Shown here: one piece after another, positions 46,809 to 57,490 of the stretch
Position numbering within the stretch: the first letter of the stretch is position 1
Layout of the letters: the number at the start of each line of letters is the position of its first letter
The notes under the pieces: model-generated
Databases searched by the model: none
Told to the model about the DNA's origin: nothing
The model's input: the letters and a program-made list of their open reading frames with translations, nothing else
NCBI GenBank assembly: GCA_964509715.1
Contig: CAZDYD010000004.1
Location: forward strand, 952 to 64,951
Direction of reading: 5' to 3'
Length of the DNA: 64,000 nt
Origin: an uncultured Chitinophagales bacterium
Lineage (GTDB): Bacteria > Bacteroidota > Rhodothermia > Balneolales > HLUCCA01
Program-made: the position numbers and the translations under genes

Positions 46809-48182
46809 ATGAAATCTTATTCAATCCAGGAACTGATCCGGAAGCATAACACTACGGGACCCAGATACACATCGTATCCGACAGCATTATTGCTCAAACC
46901 GGTCAGTAAAATGGATAAATTCCATCGAGAGCTTGGAATGGTGTCTGATACCGGGAAGGAATTGTCGTTGTATATTCATCTCCCATTTTGCCGGTCATTG
47001 TGCTGGTATTGTGGGTGCAGTAAGGTAATTAGCCGGAATATTAAAGATGCCGATCGGTATCTGGACTATCTGGAAAAAGATTTTGAACTCACGAATCCAC
47101 ATTTGCCATCGGGTCGGACAGTCACTCAGGTGCATTTGGGAGGAGGTACACCGACCTTTTTGACCCCGGAACAATTACTCCGGCTTAAATTGTTGATGCA
47201 GGAGTATTTTGATATTGTCCCTGAGGCCGAATGTAGTGTGGAAATGGATCCAAGACATATGACCAAGGCGCATGTGCAGATGTTGCGAAGTATTGGGTTC
47301 AACCGAGCATCAATTGGGGTACAGGATCTGAATGAAGAAGTCCAAAAAGCAATACATCGTATTCAGCCATTAGAGATCAACCAGCAGGCTGTAGACTGGC
47401 TCAGGGGAGCTGGATATCATTCGATCAACATGGATCTGATCTATGGGTTACCGGCTCAGACCCCTAAATTGTTCGCAAAAACATTGGATGAGGTCATGTT
47501 GATGAATCCGGACAGATTGGCTATTTACAATTATGCCCATCTACCGGATTTATTCCCGTCTCAACGCCTGATTCATTCCGATTTATTACCGGGTCCGGAC
47601 GAGAAGCTCGAAATGTTACAATACTCTATCGAATTTTTGGAACGAGAAGGGTATGTATACATCGGAATGGATCACTTTGCCCGCCCGGATGATGAATTGG
47701 CTAAAGCCTTGCACAATGGCACACTTCAGCGGAATTTTCAAGGTTATAGTACGCGAAGGGGAACCGAAACATGGGCATTCGGAGCGTCAGCGATCAGTCA
47801 GACAGGACCGATCATGTGGCAAAGATACAAGTCATTGGATGACTATTATGCCGCCATTGATCGTGGTGTGATGCCTGTGCACAAATCCTATACGCTTTCT
47901 GCTGATGATACACTCAGACGAGATGTCATCATGAGATTGATGTGTGGACAAGTATTGGACTGGCATGACATGGATCTGGAGTATAACATCAGTACTCAAA
48001 TATATTTCAGGCACGAATTGGAGAAACTACAGTTACTGGCTGAAGACGGTCTGGTTGAAGTAGATCCGGCAGGTGTGAAGGTAACAGAGATGGGGCGATT
48101 ATTTCTTAGAAATATTGCTATGATATTTGATGCCTGGCTTCCTGCAAAATCAGAAAAACCGACCTATTCGAAAACGATATAA
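46809..48182 (+). CDS. hemN: Oxygen-independent coproporphyrinogen III oxidase
   Basis: GPRYTSYPT, HLPFCRSLCWYCGC, GGGTPT, IGMDHFA, LQRNFQGY. Confidence 0.96.
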   Translation: MKSYSIQELIRKHNTTGPRYTSYPTALLLKPVSKMDKFHRELGMVSDTGKELSLYIHLPFCRSLCWYCGCSKVISRNIKDADRYLDYLEKDFELTNPHLPSGRTVTQVHLGGGTPTFLTPEQLLRLKLLMQEYFDIVPEAECSVEMDPRHMTKAHVQMLRSIGFNRASIGVQDLNEEVQKAIHRIQPLEINQQAVDWLRGAGYHSINMDLIYGLPAQTPKLFAKTLDEVMLMNPDRLAIYNYAHLPDLFPSQRLIHSDLLPGPDEKLEMLQYSIEFLEREGYVYIGMDHFARPDDELAKALHNGTLQRNFQGYSTRRGTETWAFGASAISQTGPIMWQRYKSLDDYYAAIDRGVMPVHKSYTLSADDTLRRDVIMRLMCGQVLDWHDMDLEYNISTQIYFRHELEKLQLLAEDGLVEVDPAGVKVTEMGRLFLRNIAMIFDAWLPAKSEKPTYSKTI

Positions 48183-48243
48183 TTGTCCGACATCCATCGA
48201 CAACGATGTTTCAAGTTTTGGTCTAAAAGCGCTATAATGGGGC

Positions 48244-51200
48244 ATGTTATATCTCCATGAAGCTCAGAACCTGCACCAATTATTCAACGCCTGGAGCGAT
48301 GCCGGAAAATCCCGTTCAAAAATTCATCCGCTGTCGCCCGACTTGGTCATTGTCCCAAATATGGATATGGCTCAGTGGATTCAAGTGCAGGAGGCGGAAC
48401 GAACCGGGATTAGTGCAAATTTACATTTTGAACTGCCAGCAGGTTTTTTCAGGAAGTTGTTTGAAATCAGGGATAGTTCTGTAAGAAAGCAGTTGCTGGA
48501 TCGACATTTGCTGCGATGGATGATATTCAAATTATTGGATAATGCAGGGGAGTGGCAGTCACTTAAAGCGTGGTTGAATGTGATTTCAAGGAATGGCTCA
48601 ACCGCATCTACACACACCGAAGCTCGTTGGGATCTGGCATCACAGATTACTGATGTGTATGATCAGTATTTGATCTATCGGCCAGACTGGCTCGTTGAAT
48701 GGTCAGGAGGTACTATAGAGGGTGTATATACCGGTTCGAAGAAGCATGCTGAGCATTTTGATCAGATTCATGGACTAGAGGATATCAATAATTGGCAACC
48801 CGGACTATGGAATGAAATTCGTAATAACTGGCCTGAATATCCCAATCGTGCCGATCTGATTATCAATCTGATTCAAGATTTAAAATCAGGTCATGTCTCA
48901 GCTGCCGGGTTGAATCTGCAGACAGAATTGACCGTTTTTGGTGTCGGATCTCTTGCCCCCGCGATGGTCGAGGCCTTGGTGTTATTGTCCAAATCAATCG
49001 ACATCCATTGGTATGTTCGTAGAAATGAAGTTCCTCAGGGGGATCTTTATTCATACTTACATGGTCTGAATGAAGAGCAGATGGATTCAAGACAGGTGGT
49101 TCATGGGGTGGTTGAATATCATGGATTACCGATCGAATTAATCAATCATGAAACATCGGGGCTGTCCGATATTCCTCAGATCCTGAAAAAAAACGGAAGT
49201 GTTGTGATTCATCGATGTCATAGTGCACGTCGTGAAATTGAGGTTTTACACGACCAATTGCTGGATCTTTTCAATACATCTGAGATCCGTCCGGGGGATG
49301 TAGCCATTGTGTGTCCAGAGCCGGACGTTTATGCGCCTTTTGTTCGGGAGGTCTTCGGTGCTAAGTGGGCAGATTTTCCGAGGGACAATTCTACGGTGAC
49401 CATTCCTCTGAAGGACGATACATCGGGGTCCGCTCATTCGAAAGACAATTCTACGGGGACCTATCCACTGAAAAACGATTTTTCTGGGACCTATCCTCCG
49501 AAGGATGATTCTTCTCCTAGTATCGCTCCTCCTCCGTCGATTCCAATCCAGATCAGTGGCGGAAAACTGACCAATCGAGAATTGGTGCATTCAGTACTTA
49601 TTCAGGCACTAAAATTATCTGGATCAAGATTTAAGGCAACGGAGATACTGGATTGGTTGGGCATGGCTCCAGTATTAGGTGATTTTCTTGACCAAAAAGG
49701 CCTCAGAAGCACATTGAACAGATGGGTTGATGAGCATATGATACGATGGGGTAGCACTCCCGAGCATCTGTCTGATCTGGGATTTGAAATGGATGGAAGA
49801 CATACCTGGAGGCATGGACTTGACCGACTCATCTTGGCTTATACCTCATCAGAAAATCAAGATTTTGTGTATCATGATATGATATCGGGTGCGGCGGTGC
49901 TAAGTTCAGTTGAAACAGAATTACTTGGAAACATACTGCGATTGACCGATGTGCTTGAACAGATTCGATCGTCCGGGCGAGAGGAGTTTACTCTGCCTCA
50001 GTGGTGTGAGCGATTGGAAAATTGGCTGCAGGATATCATTTCTGATCGCGAATGGATACCATACTGCGATCGTTTGCAACAGACGATTCAAACGTTGAAA
50101 TCTTCTGATGCACAGTTGTTTTCCGAAGTGATACCATTTTCCGTATTCCTAAATGAAATAGAGGAAAGACTCTCAACGGGTGGGATCGGACGCACATGGA
50201 GTCCGGGTGAAATTACATTTACCGGGATGGTGGCTCTGCATCAATTTCCATACAAAGTAGTTGCAATGGTGGGACTCAACGATGGTGCCTTACCGGGACG
50301 AACACCTATATCCACTTTTGATATTATCAGTCAGAACTATCGTCCAGGTGACCGGATCAGACGTCGTGGGGACCGCCAATTATTTTTGGATTATCTGTAT
50401 TGTGTAACTGAAAAACTGCTGATCAGTTTCACTGGTAATCGTCAGATTGATCAAAAAACTCTGGCACCTTCAGTAATGGTTACAACACTGTATGATTTCA
50501 TGGAACGACTAAGTCGACACGAACAGGGTTACATTCCACAGGAATTCCAACATAGAATGCAGCCATTTCACAGCACATATTTCAGTCCAGTTTCTGATAT
50601 ACGTAGTTATTCTGCACATTATGCAGGTGTAGCCCGAAAGCTACAGAAGAACACGGAAAAGAGTGAACCTATCCTACCGGTGTTGACGCCTGCAGTTGCA
50701 GCGGTTCGGCTTAAAACAGGCGATGATATGCTGAATATTTCGACCCTGTTCCCGGATGGGATCCCGATAAAGGACTTGATTGAGTTCTATAAAAAACCAT
50801 TCAAGTATGTGCTCAGAGATATACATGGTATCGATCTTTATGACGAGGAGGTGCCAGATGAGGACTTTGAACCATTCGAACTCGATAAGCTTACCTCTTG
50901 GGCCATTCGTAATGATTTACTTGAACTATTTCATAGTGAAATCCAATCCGGGAATCATGATCGTTGGATGAGGGACCGGGAGTCATTAATCGAGACGTTA
51001 AAACAAAGGTATAAACGTAACGGATGGTTGCCTGATGGTGTTGCAGGTGTCCACGGGTTCGAGAAATCCATTCAGGAATTCCATACTTATTGGAGTGACT
51101 TTGCACAAAAGGTACCTGATATTGAAAAAATGCATCCACACACCCAAAAAATTAACCTGCATATTTCCGAGGTCAATCTTACACTCCATGGGGAAGTGGA

Positions 51201-51840
51201 TGCCGGATATTTGATTTCATCTGATGATATAACTGAAAATGTGTTTTTGTCTGCAGGTAGCTCCAAAGGCAGCAGGTTTTTTTTGTATTGGGTTCACCAT
51301 GTATTGTGCAATTTGGAGGATGATGTTCAAACCAGAGTGTTTTTTAGAGATAAGGAATTGAAATTCCGTCCATTGAGCCGTGAAGAAGCAGAAGTACGTG
51401 TACAAAATCTGGTTGTGATGATGGTGATGAGTGTTGCGAATCTTGTTCCCGTCATCGTTGATTTTGCGGAACAGATGTATGATAAAAATGAATTGAGTTC
51501 TGAGTCGGTTCAAAAAGGGATGCACAAGGTTTTCGATATTTCTTCTGATGTAGGAGAAAAACCGCATGCAAGTGAGGTTGAAAAGGTACTTCAGGATGTG
51601 TGGGTACGTCATGCCTGGAAGGATACACATCCGTTGGAATTTGCCAGGAAAGCTATTGATCATCAATTATTCTACGGGATGTTGGACAGATCATCCAATG
51701 ATGAAGGAGCAACTGCCACATCTATTTCGATTTCAGATCCTGCTGACTTGCGCTTACGACTTGAAGAGTTCGCCAAATATGATGCGTTCAGTCTTTTTTT
51801 GGTCAAGGTCGTTGATCTTATGAAAGGAGATTTCGCATGA
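48244..51840 (+). CDS. recC: Exodeoxyribonuclease V gamma subunit
   Basis: MAQWIQ...GISANLHFELPAGF, CHSARREIEVLHDQLL, GLNDGALP, DRQLFLDYL, QPFHSTYF. Confidence 0.9.
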   Translation: MLYLHEAQNLHQLFNAWSDAGKSRSKIHPLSPDLVIVPNMDMAQWIQVQEAERTGISANLHFELPAGFFRKLFEIRDSSVRKQLLDRHLLRWMIFKLLDNAGEWQSLKAWLNVISRNGSTASTHTEARWDLASQITDVYDQYLIYRPDWLVEWSGGTIEGVYTGSKKHAEHFDQIHGLEDINNWQPGLWNEIRNNWPEYPNRADLIINLIQDLKSGHVSAAGLNLQTELTVFGVGSLAPAMVEALVLLSKSIDIHWYVRRNEVPQGDLYSYLHGLNEEQMDSRQVVHGVVEYHGLPIELINHETSGLSDIPQILKKNGSVVIHRCHSARREIEVLHDQLLDLFNTSEIRPGDVAIVCPEPDVYAPFVREVFGAKWADFPRDNSTVTIPLKDDTSGSAHSKDNSTGTYPLKNDFSGTYPPKDDSSPSIAPPPSIPIQISGGKLTNRELVHSVLIQALKLSGSRFKATEILDWLGMAPVLGDFLDQKGLRSTLNRWVDEHMIRWGSTPEHLSDLGFEMDGRHTWRHGLDRLILAYTSSENQDFVYHDMISGAAVLSSVETELLGNILRLTDVLEQIRSSGREEFTLPQWCERLENWLQDIISDREWIPYCDRLQQTIQTLKSSDAQLFSEVIPFSVFLNEIEERLSTGGIGRTWSPGEITFTGMVALHQFPYKVVAMVGLNDGALPGRTPISTFDIISQNYRPGDRIRRRGDRQLFLDYLYCVTEKLLISFTGNRQIDQKTLAPSVMVTTLYDFMERLSRHEQGYIPQEFQHRMQPFHSTYFSPVSDIRSYSAHYAGVARKLQKNTEKSEPILPVLTPAVAAVRLKTGDDMLNISTLFPDGIPIKDLIEFYKKPFKYVLRDIHGIDLYDEEVPDEDFEPFELDKLTSWAIRNDLLELFHSEIQSGNHDRWMRDRESLIETLKQRYKRNGWLPDGVAGVHGFEKSIQEFHTYWSDFAQKVPDIEKMHPHTQKINLHISEVNLTLHGEVDAGYLISSDDITENVFLSAGSSKGSRFFLYWVHHVLCNLEDDVQTRVFFRDKELKFRPLSREEAEVRVQNLVVMMVMSVANLVPVIVDFAEQMYDKNELSSESVQKGMHKVFDISSDVGEKPHASEVEKVLQDVWVRHAWKDTHPLEFARKAIDHQLFYGMLDRSSNDEGATATSISISDPADLRLRLEEFAKYDAFSLFLVKVVDLMKGDFA
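49381..49530 (+). repeat. Degenerate 30-bp (10-aa) tandem repeat x5 inserted in recC
   Basis: RDNSTVTIPL/KDDTSGSAHS/KDNSTGTYPL/KNDFSGTYPP/KDDSSPSIAP. Confidence 0.85.
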
Positions 51841-54800
51841 AAGCGGAGTTTATATCCTTTGATGTGAGAGTGGCACCATTACATGGCATTAATCTTGTGG
51901 AAGCCAGTGCCGGGACAGGTAAAACATGGAATATTGAGGGGCTTTTCATCAGACTGTTGATCGAACGTCATCTTGAGCCGGGACAAATTCTGGTTGTGAC
52001 CTTTACTGATGCGGCGACCCAGGAGTTAAGGGAACGTATTCTACAACGTATTAATGCGGTCGCCAGAATCATTGAGAATTCAGATATTGATGTAGGTGGG
52101 GACCCGTTCTTGCAGTTCTGTCGAGAAAAATATGGTAAGAATAAAGACATAATTGGTCATTTGGATTACTGTAAATCCAGGTTTGATGAAGCTGCAATTT
52201 TTACAATTCATTCGTTCTGTAAAAATGTATTGTCAGATTATAGATTTGAGGCGGGACTTGGCTCAGAAATTAATATTCTTTCTGATTCTGAACTGCTCTT
52301 ACGTGAGGTGCTTTCAGATCACTGGAGACATTTGAATAAGAGATTGTCAGTACCTGGCAATGAACTGTTCTCTTCTCTTTTACTCGATGAACTTAAGTTT
52401 TCGAAGATAGAATCAGCATTCAAAAAACTGTTGATCAATTCAGAGATCGAGTTGAGTTCTGTTGAGCCGAAAGTTCCAGAATGTTGGGGCGGATTGTCCA
52501 ATTGGCAACGTGAACGCAATCTTATAGATCGGTGCATGCAACTGCGTAGTATGTGGGAAACCGAAGTTGAAAATCTACGTGACCAATTACAGTCTGCTGG
52601 TATCTCCGGGCGTGGATTCGAAAAAAATTGGGACAAGTATGAGCATGCGGTCAATGAGTTCCTGAGAGAACCGTTCTTAAACATAAAAATCCAGCACCAT
52701 GAGGTGCTGAGCAGGGATTATTTGGTAAAAAAAGGTCAGACCAAAGATGCCTTAAAAGCAGGAAAACAATTCCCGGATCATATCTTTTATAGTCGATATC
52801 AAGAGTTCATTGATTGTGTTAATTGGTATAGAAAATACATTATCAGAAATAGTCTGAATGAGCTTAAGGTCGAGTATGCTCGTCGACGTAAGCAAGATCA
52901 GATACTCATTTATGATGATTTGTTGACCTTTGTGCGCGATGCACTTGATCCAGTTCGTAATACAAACACAGCCAGATTCTTAAGGGATAAGCTTCGCTCG
53001 CAATATCCCGTAGCAATGATCGATGAGTTTCAGGATACAGATGCAGTACAATATGACATATTTCGACGCATGTATGTAGATGATCCGACAAGTGAATTAC
53101 TTTTGTATATGATCGGCGATCCCAAGCAGTCTATTTATAAGTTTCGTGGGGCCGATCTGAATACATATTACAGGGCTCGGGATAAAGTCACCAACCGGTA
53201 CACACTCAAAACGAATTTCAGAAGTGCGGGAGACCTCGTTCAGGCCGTGAATGTATTGTTTCAACATGAAGGCAGCTTTCTTGACGAGTCATTGAAGTAT
53301 TTTGATTCTGATGGATTTCAGTCAGAGAATGGGTTTTGGTCAGAATTGGAAGACGCTGCCCCGTTAAGATTTCTCCAGATTGGGGAGGATGTATCAACAA
53401 AATCAGGGTCTGGAACAGCATTAGTCCGTTCGGTTGTACATAAGATTTCCGAATTACTAACCGGTTCAGTCCGTGGAAAAGTTGGGATACGAAAGAAAAA
53501 TCTTAATGGAGAGTATCAGGACGAAAAAGTCTCGCCCGGGGATATTGCGATTCTTGTTTCCAAAAAGATTCAGGCAAAAGTAATCAAATCCATGCTGAAC
53601 CAGGCAGGTATACCAAGTGTCGAGTCGGGAGACAGTAGCGTATTTAATTCTGATGAGGCTAAACAGTTAACTTTACTATTGGAGTGTTTGATAGATTCCA
53701 AAAACAAACGAAAACTACGGGCTTTGCTAACATCTCCCATTGGCGGATATTCGGTGAACGATATCATTGAATTGGAGCAGAATGACTTGAAATGGTCATT
53801 CGTACTTGAGGAGTTGCGTCAAGCGGGTGATTTGATGAAACAACATGGAGTCCTAAGCGGGATTAGGTATTTATTTGATCAATGGGGTGCAGAACAACGT
53901 ATTGTAGCATTAGAGAATGGTGAACGGAGTATAACCAATTTGCGTCATTTAGGTGAGTTGATGTATGCTGAGGAACAGGAAACGCATCGAAGTGCCAGTG
54001 GACTGATCCATTGGTTGAAACGACATCGTAGTGATGACGACAAGAAGGATGATGGACGAAAAATCAGACTGGAGAGTGATGATGATCGAGTTCAAATCAT
54101 TACAATGCACAGTAGTAAGGGATTGGAGTATCCAATTGTGTTCGCTCCATATCTGTGGGATTTCAATACCAACTCTAATGATAAATGGAATATTTTTACT
54201 GTCGATGATAATGATGACAAACATCTTGTCATGGATCATGATAATGATGTTTACGACACTGGAAGTATTTTAAGTAGGTTGGAGGACTGGCAGGATCGGA
54301 TTAGGCTGATGTATGTTGCTGTTACGCGGGCGAAATACAGATGCTATATACCATTTCAAGGATATAATGGTAATTATGGATCTCCTCTATGTGGTGTTTT
54401 GCTGTCGCGTTACATGAAAGGTGAATGGGGATTACATTGGAATGATCGCATGAAATGGGTGTCAGATGGAAATAATCTGGCATCTCGATTTGGTGATGAA
54501 GGTTCGATAACTAAGGATAATCTGATGTTAGCCCTCATTCCACGTTTAGTAGAAGAGTCAGGGGGATTGATTTCACATAACCTGGTCAGTTTCGATGAAA
54601 TACCAAGAACTTTTATCAGGTTTAAGGAAATCCACGATATGACTGATTTGAAAGAAATGAAAATCGGTGCGACTGGTAGGAAACGTTTGTTCAAGAACAG
54701 ATACATCTCAAGCTATTCTTCAATTCAACGAAAATACACCGGCGAGGATGTCGAATATGATTTTTCCGATGAATCGGTCATGGAAGAGGTTAGTACAGAT

Positions 54801-55613
54801 CAACCCATTTCAGATGAGTTTTCTGAGATATTTGAATTTCCAAAAGGTGCGGTGACCGGGAATTTGTGGCATGAAGTTTTTGAACTGATAGATTTCAGTG
54901 ACCCAACCCATTGGGAAGATACCTTTAAGATGTGCTCTTTAAAGCACGGCTTCGAGCCAGACACAACGGTTCCATTGCTACGTGATATGGTAAACCAGGT
55001 ACTTGGAACAGATTTATCTGCAGTTATATCGAGCGCAGGTTTTGATGGGCACAATAATATTGATGCGATGCGATTGCAATCAATACAATGGCATGAAACC
55101 AGGAGGGAGATGGAGTTCTTGTCAACTTTTGACCAAGATGACATCAATAAAATGATATCCGTATTGTCCCAGCAGAAAGATCAAGGAGAGTTAAATATAT
55201 TTGGAAAAGCAAATATAGAAGCGACGTCACTATTGGTAGGACTCATAGATCTCATATTTGTGCATAATGGCAAATATTATATTGTTGATTATAAATCTAA
55301 CTATTTAGGTTCTGATCTAACCGATTATGATTTTAATCGCTTGAAAAAAGACATTCGTGAAAACAAATATGATTTACAATATCATATATATACGGTTGCG
55401 CTCGTAAAATATTTGTCTAAGCAAATAAAGGATTTTGACTATGATGAACACTTCGGAGGGGTCTTTTATTTGTATGTAAGAGGTATGAGGAGGGAAAGCG
55501 TGACGGGTCTGTTTTATGACAAACCCGAGAAGCAGATTATAATGAAATTATTAGGTCATCATGATACCAATTTAATCCAAGACAGATCGATTCCAGGAGG
55601 TCATCATGAGTAG
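51837..55613 (+). CDS. recB: Exodeoxyribonuclease V beta subunit (helicase-nuclease)
   Basis: EASAGTGKT, VTFTDAATQELRERI, IDEFQDTD, IGDPKQSIYKFRGAD, TMHSSKGLEY, nuclease GLIDL...IVDYKSN. Confidence 0.95.
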   Translation: MKAEFISFDVRVAPLHGINLVEASAGTGKTWNIEGLFIRLLIERHLEPGQILVVTFTDAATQELRERILQRINAVARIIENSDIDVGGDPFLQFCREKYGKNKDIIGHLDYCKSRFDEAAIFTIHSFCKNVLSDYRFEAGLGSEINILSDSELLLREVLSDHWRHLNKRLSVPGNELFSSLLLDELKFSKIESAFKKLLINSEIELSSVEPKVPECWGGLSNWQRERNLIDRCMQLRSMWETEVENLRDQLQSAGISGRGFEKNWDKYEHAVNEFLREPFLNIKIQHHEVLSRDYLVKKGQTKDALKAGKQFPDHIFYSRYQEFIDCVNWYRKYIIRNSLNELKVEYARRRKQDQILIYDDLLTFVRDALDPVRNTNTARFLRDKLRSQYPVAMIDEFQDTDAVQYDIFRRMYVDDPTSELLLYMIGDPKQSIYKFRGADLNTYYRARDKVTNRYTLKTNFRSAGDLVQAVNVLFQHEGSFLDESLKYFDSDGFQSENGFWSELEDAAPLRFLQIGEDVSTKSGSGTALVRSVVHKISELLTGSVRGKVGIRKKNLNGEYQDEKVSPGDIAILVSKKIQAKVIKSMLNQAGIPSVESGDSSVFNSDEAKQLTLLLECLIDSKNKRKLRALLTSPIGGYSVNDIIELEQNDLKWSFVLEELRQAGDLMKQHGVLSGIRYLFDQWGAEQRIVALENGERSITNLRHLGELMYAEEQETHRSASGLIHWLKRHRSDDDKKDDGRKIRLESDDDRVQIITMHSSKGLEYPIVFAPYLWDFNTNSNDKWNIFTVDDNDDKHLVMDHDNDVYDTGSILSRLEDWQDRIRLMYVAVTRAKYRCYIPFQGYNGNYGSPLCGVLLSRYMKGEWGLHWNDRMKWVSDGNNLASRFGDEGSITKDNLMLALIPRLVEESGGLISHNLVSFDEIPRTFIRFKEIHDMTDLKEMKIGATGRKRLFKNRYISSYSSIQRKYTGEDVEYDFSDESVMEEVSTDQPISDEFSEIFEFPKGAVTGNLWHEVFELIDFSDPTHWEDTFKMCSLKHGFEPDTTVPLLRDMVNQVLGTDLSAVISSAGFDGHNNIDAMRLQSIQWHETRREMEFLSTFDQDDINKMISVLSQQKDQGELNIFGKANIEATSLLVGLIDLIFVHNGKYYIVDYKSNYLGSDLTDYDFNRLKKDIRENKYDLQYHIYTVALVKYLSKQIKDFDYDEHFGGVFYLYVRGMRRESVTGLFYDKPEKQIIMKLLGHHDTNLIQDRSIPGGHHE

Positions 55614-57417
55614 TCCTGATTTTGACAGTGTTGGCAGGAGAAAGAACATTACATTCGCTTATCCGAATATATTTACTGATATCGATTTTTATACGGCTGC
55701 ATATATTAGTCGGGTGTTTCCTGTTGCTGTTTCAGACGAGAAAGGTGTTCTGTATGATTTGGTGTTGATTTTGAGCAAGTCTCTGAGAAACGGTCAGGTG
55801 GCCATACCTGTTTCGATGATCGAAAAACATACATTATCCGAAGTCTTGAGAGATATGTTCGGGATTGATGATGAGAAGTCTCATCTACAAGGACCAAACC
55901 TCGACTTGGGTTTCTTACGTTCAGTATCAGAACAAGAGGGTGATCATCCTTTGAAACTCGATGGGGATTGGTTGTACTTCAGGAGATATTGGCTTGCAGA
56001 ACAGGATGTCCTTCGATGTATTACAGATCGCAAGGTCGAAAGTCCTGTATCGCAAGATGCCGATGAGATGGAGTCCTTGTTTGACTTTGTGTCGGATATT
56101 TTGTCCGACAACGAAGGTAGAACGGATCGTCAGATAGAAGCTGTAAAAAAGGCTTTAAAATATAGGTTTAGTATTATCACAGGCGGACCAGGTACGGGTA
56201 AAACTCGTACCGTGATAACATTGGCATCCGCAATCCTAAAACAAAATCCACAGACACGTGTTGCTCTAGTGGCTCCGACTGGTAAAGCAGCACAGCGAAT
56301 GGTTGAATCTATAGAACAGTCAAAAAAACTGATCAGAGTACCCATAGAGATATTGGCTCGAATTCCTGACCACGGTAAGACCATACATCGATTACTTGGG
56401 TGGCATCCCGGACTTGGCCGTTATAAATATCATGCAGAAAACCGTCTTGAATACGATCTAATCATTTTAGATGAAGCATCGATGGTTGATTTACCGATGA
56501 TTGCCCGTCTCACGAGAGCGATACGTTCGGATTGTAGATTGATCTTGTTGGGCGACAAAAATCAATTGTCTTCTGTAGAAGCAGGGGCTGTATTTGCTGA
56601 TCTTGCAACCTCCGGATTCAAAGAATTTATTACGGAATCAAATTATTCATGGAGATTTGGCAAGGATTCAGTTATTGGTGAACTTTCGGGATTGGTGAAC
56701 AAAGGGGACGTTTCAGGGTCGATGGAAGCTCTACAAACACATGGTTTACATCATACAATGAGTGATCTTACAAGAAGATTGATGCATCAAGTCAAGATAC
56801 ATCATACTCATATGTTAGAGTTGTTGATTAATCCAAAAAACGACCAACTTGACACGGCATTTAAACTTTTATTGGATTATCAGATTCTTACAGCGCACAG
56901 AGCGGGTACGAATGGAAGTGAATATCTGAATCGTTTTTTTGACTCTGAACTGGTACGTCAACTTAAATTAGATAAGCCAAATGTATTACACCAGTCCGAT
57001 TGGTATGCTGGTAGACCGGTAATCATTGAGCAAAATGATTATGATCTTGGGTTGTTTAATGGAGACATTGGAATAACCATTGAGATGAATGGAATGCTCT
57101 ATGTTTCCTTTGATAGGGACACTGAATCGGGAGAATATAGATACTTTTCACCGGGACAACTACATAATATCTCCTCAGCCTGGGCTATCACAATTCATAA
57201 ATCTCAGGGATCAGAATATGAAAATATTGCGGTAGTGCTAGCTGATGAGTCGTCTCCAGTTATCACACGTGAACTGCTATACACGGCAATAACACGAGCA
57301 AGGACCTCATTATACATTTACTCAAGTGAAAAGGTTTGGAAACATGGTGTAACGCACAGAAGTGAGAGGAAGTCTGGATTGTCGGATAAATTGAAAAATA
57401 TAACTTCTGATTTTTGA
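55606..57417 (+). CDS. recD: Exodeoxyribonuclease V alpha subunit
   Basis: ITGGPGTGKT, APTGKAA, TIHRLLG, DEASMVD, FNGDIG, TIHKSQGSEY, YTAITRAR. Confidence 0.95.
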   Translation: MSSPDFDSVGRRKNITFAYPNIFTDIDFYTAAYISRVFPVAVSDEKGVLYDLVLILSKSLRNGQVAIPVSMIEKHTLSEVLRDMFGIDDEKSHLQGPNLDLGFLRSVSEQEGDHPLKLDGDWLYFRRYWLAEQDVLRCITDRKVESPVSQDADEMESLFDFVSDILSDNEGRTDRQIEAVKKALKYRFSIITGGPGTGKTRTVITLASAILKQNPQTRVALVAPTGKAAQRMVESIEQSKKLIRVPIEILARIPDHGKTIHRLLGWHPGLGRYKYHAENRLEYDLIILDEASMVDLPMIARLTRAIRSDCRLILLGDKNQLSSVEAGAVFADLATSGFKEFITESNYSWRFGKDSVIGELSGLVNKGDVSGSMEALQTHGLHHTMSDLTRRLMHQVKIHHTHMLELLINPKNDQLDTAFKLLLDYQILTAHRAGTNGSEYLNRFFDSELVRQLKLDKPNVLHQSDWYAGRPVIIEQNDYDLGLFNGDIGITIEMNGMLYVSFDRDTESGEYRYFSPGQLHNISSAWAITIHKSQGSEYENIAVVLADESSPVITRELLYTAITRARTSLYIYSSEKVWKHGVTHRSERKSGLSDKLKNITSDF

Positions 57418-57490
57418 TCTCGTAGAAGTCAATCTTTCTGGATATTATTTTCGGTGTACTAAAGTGATTCACTAATTATCTAACAATCAG

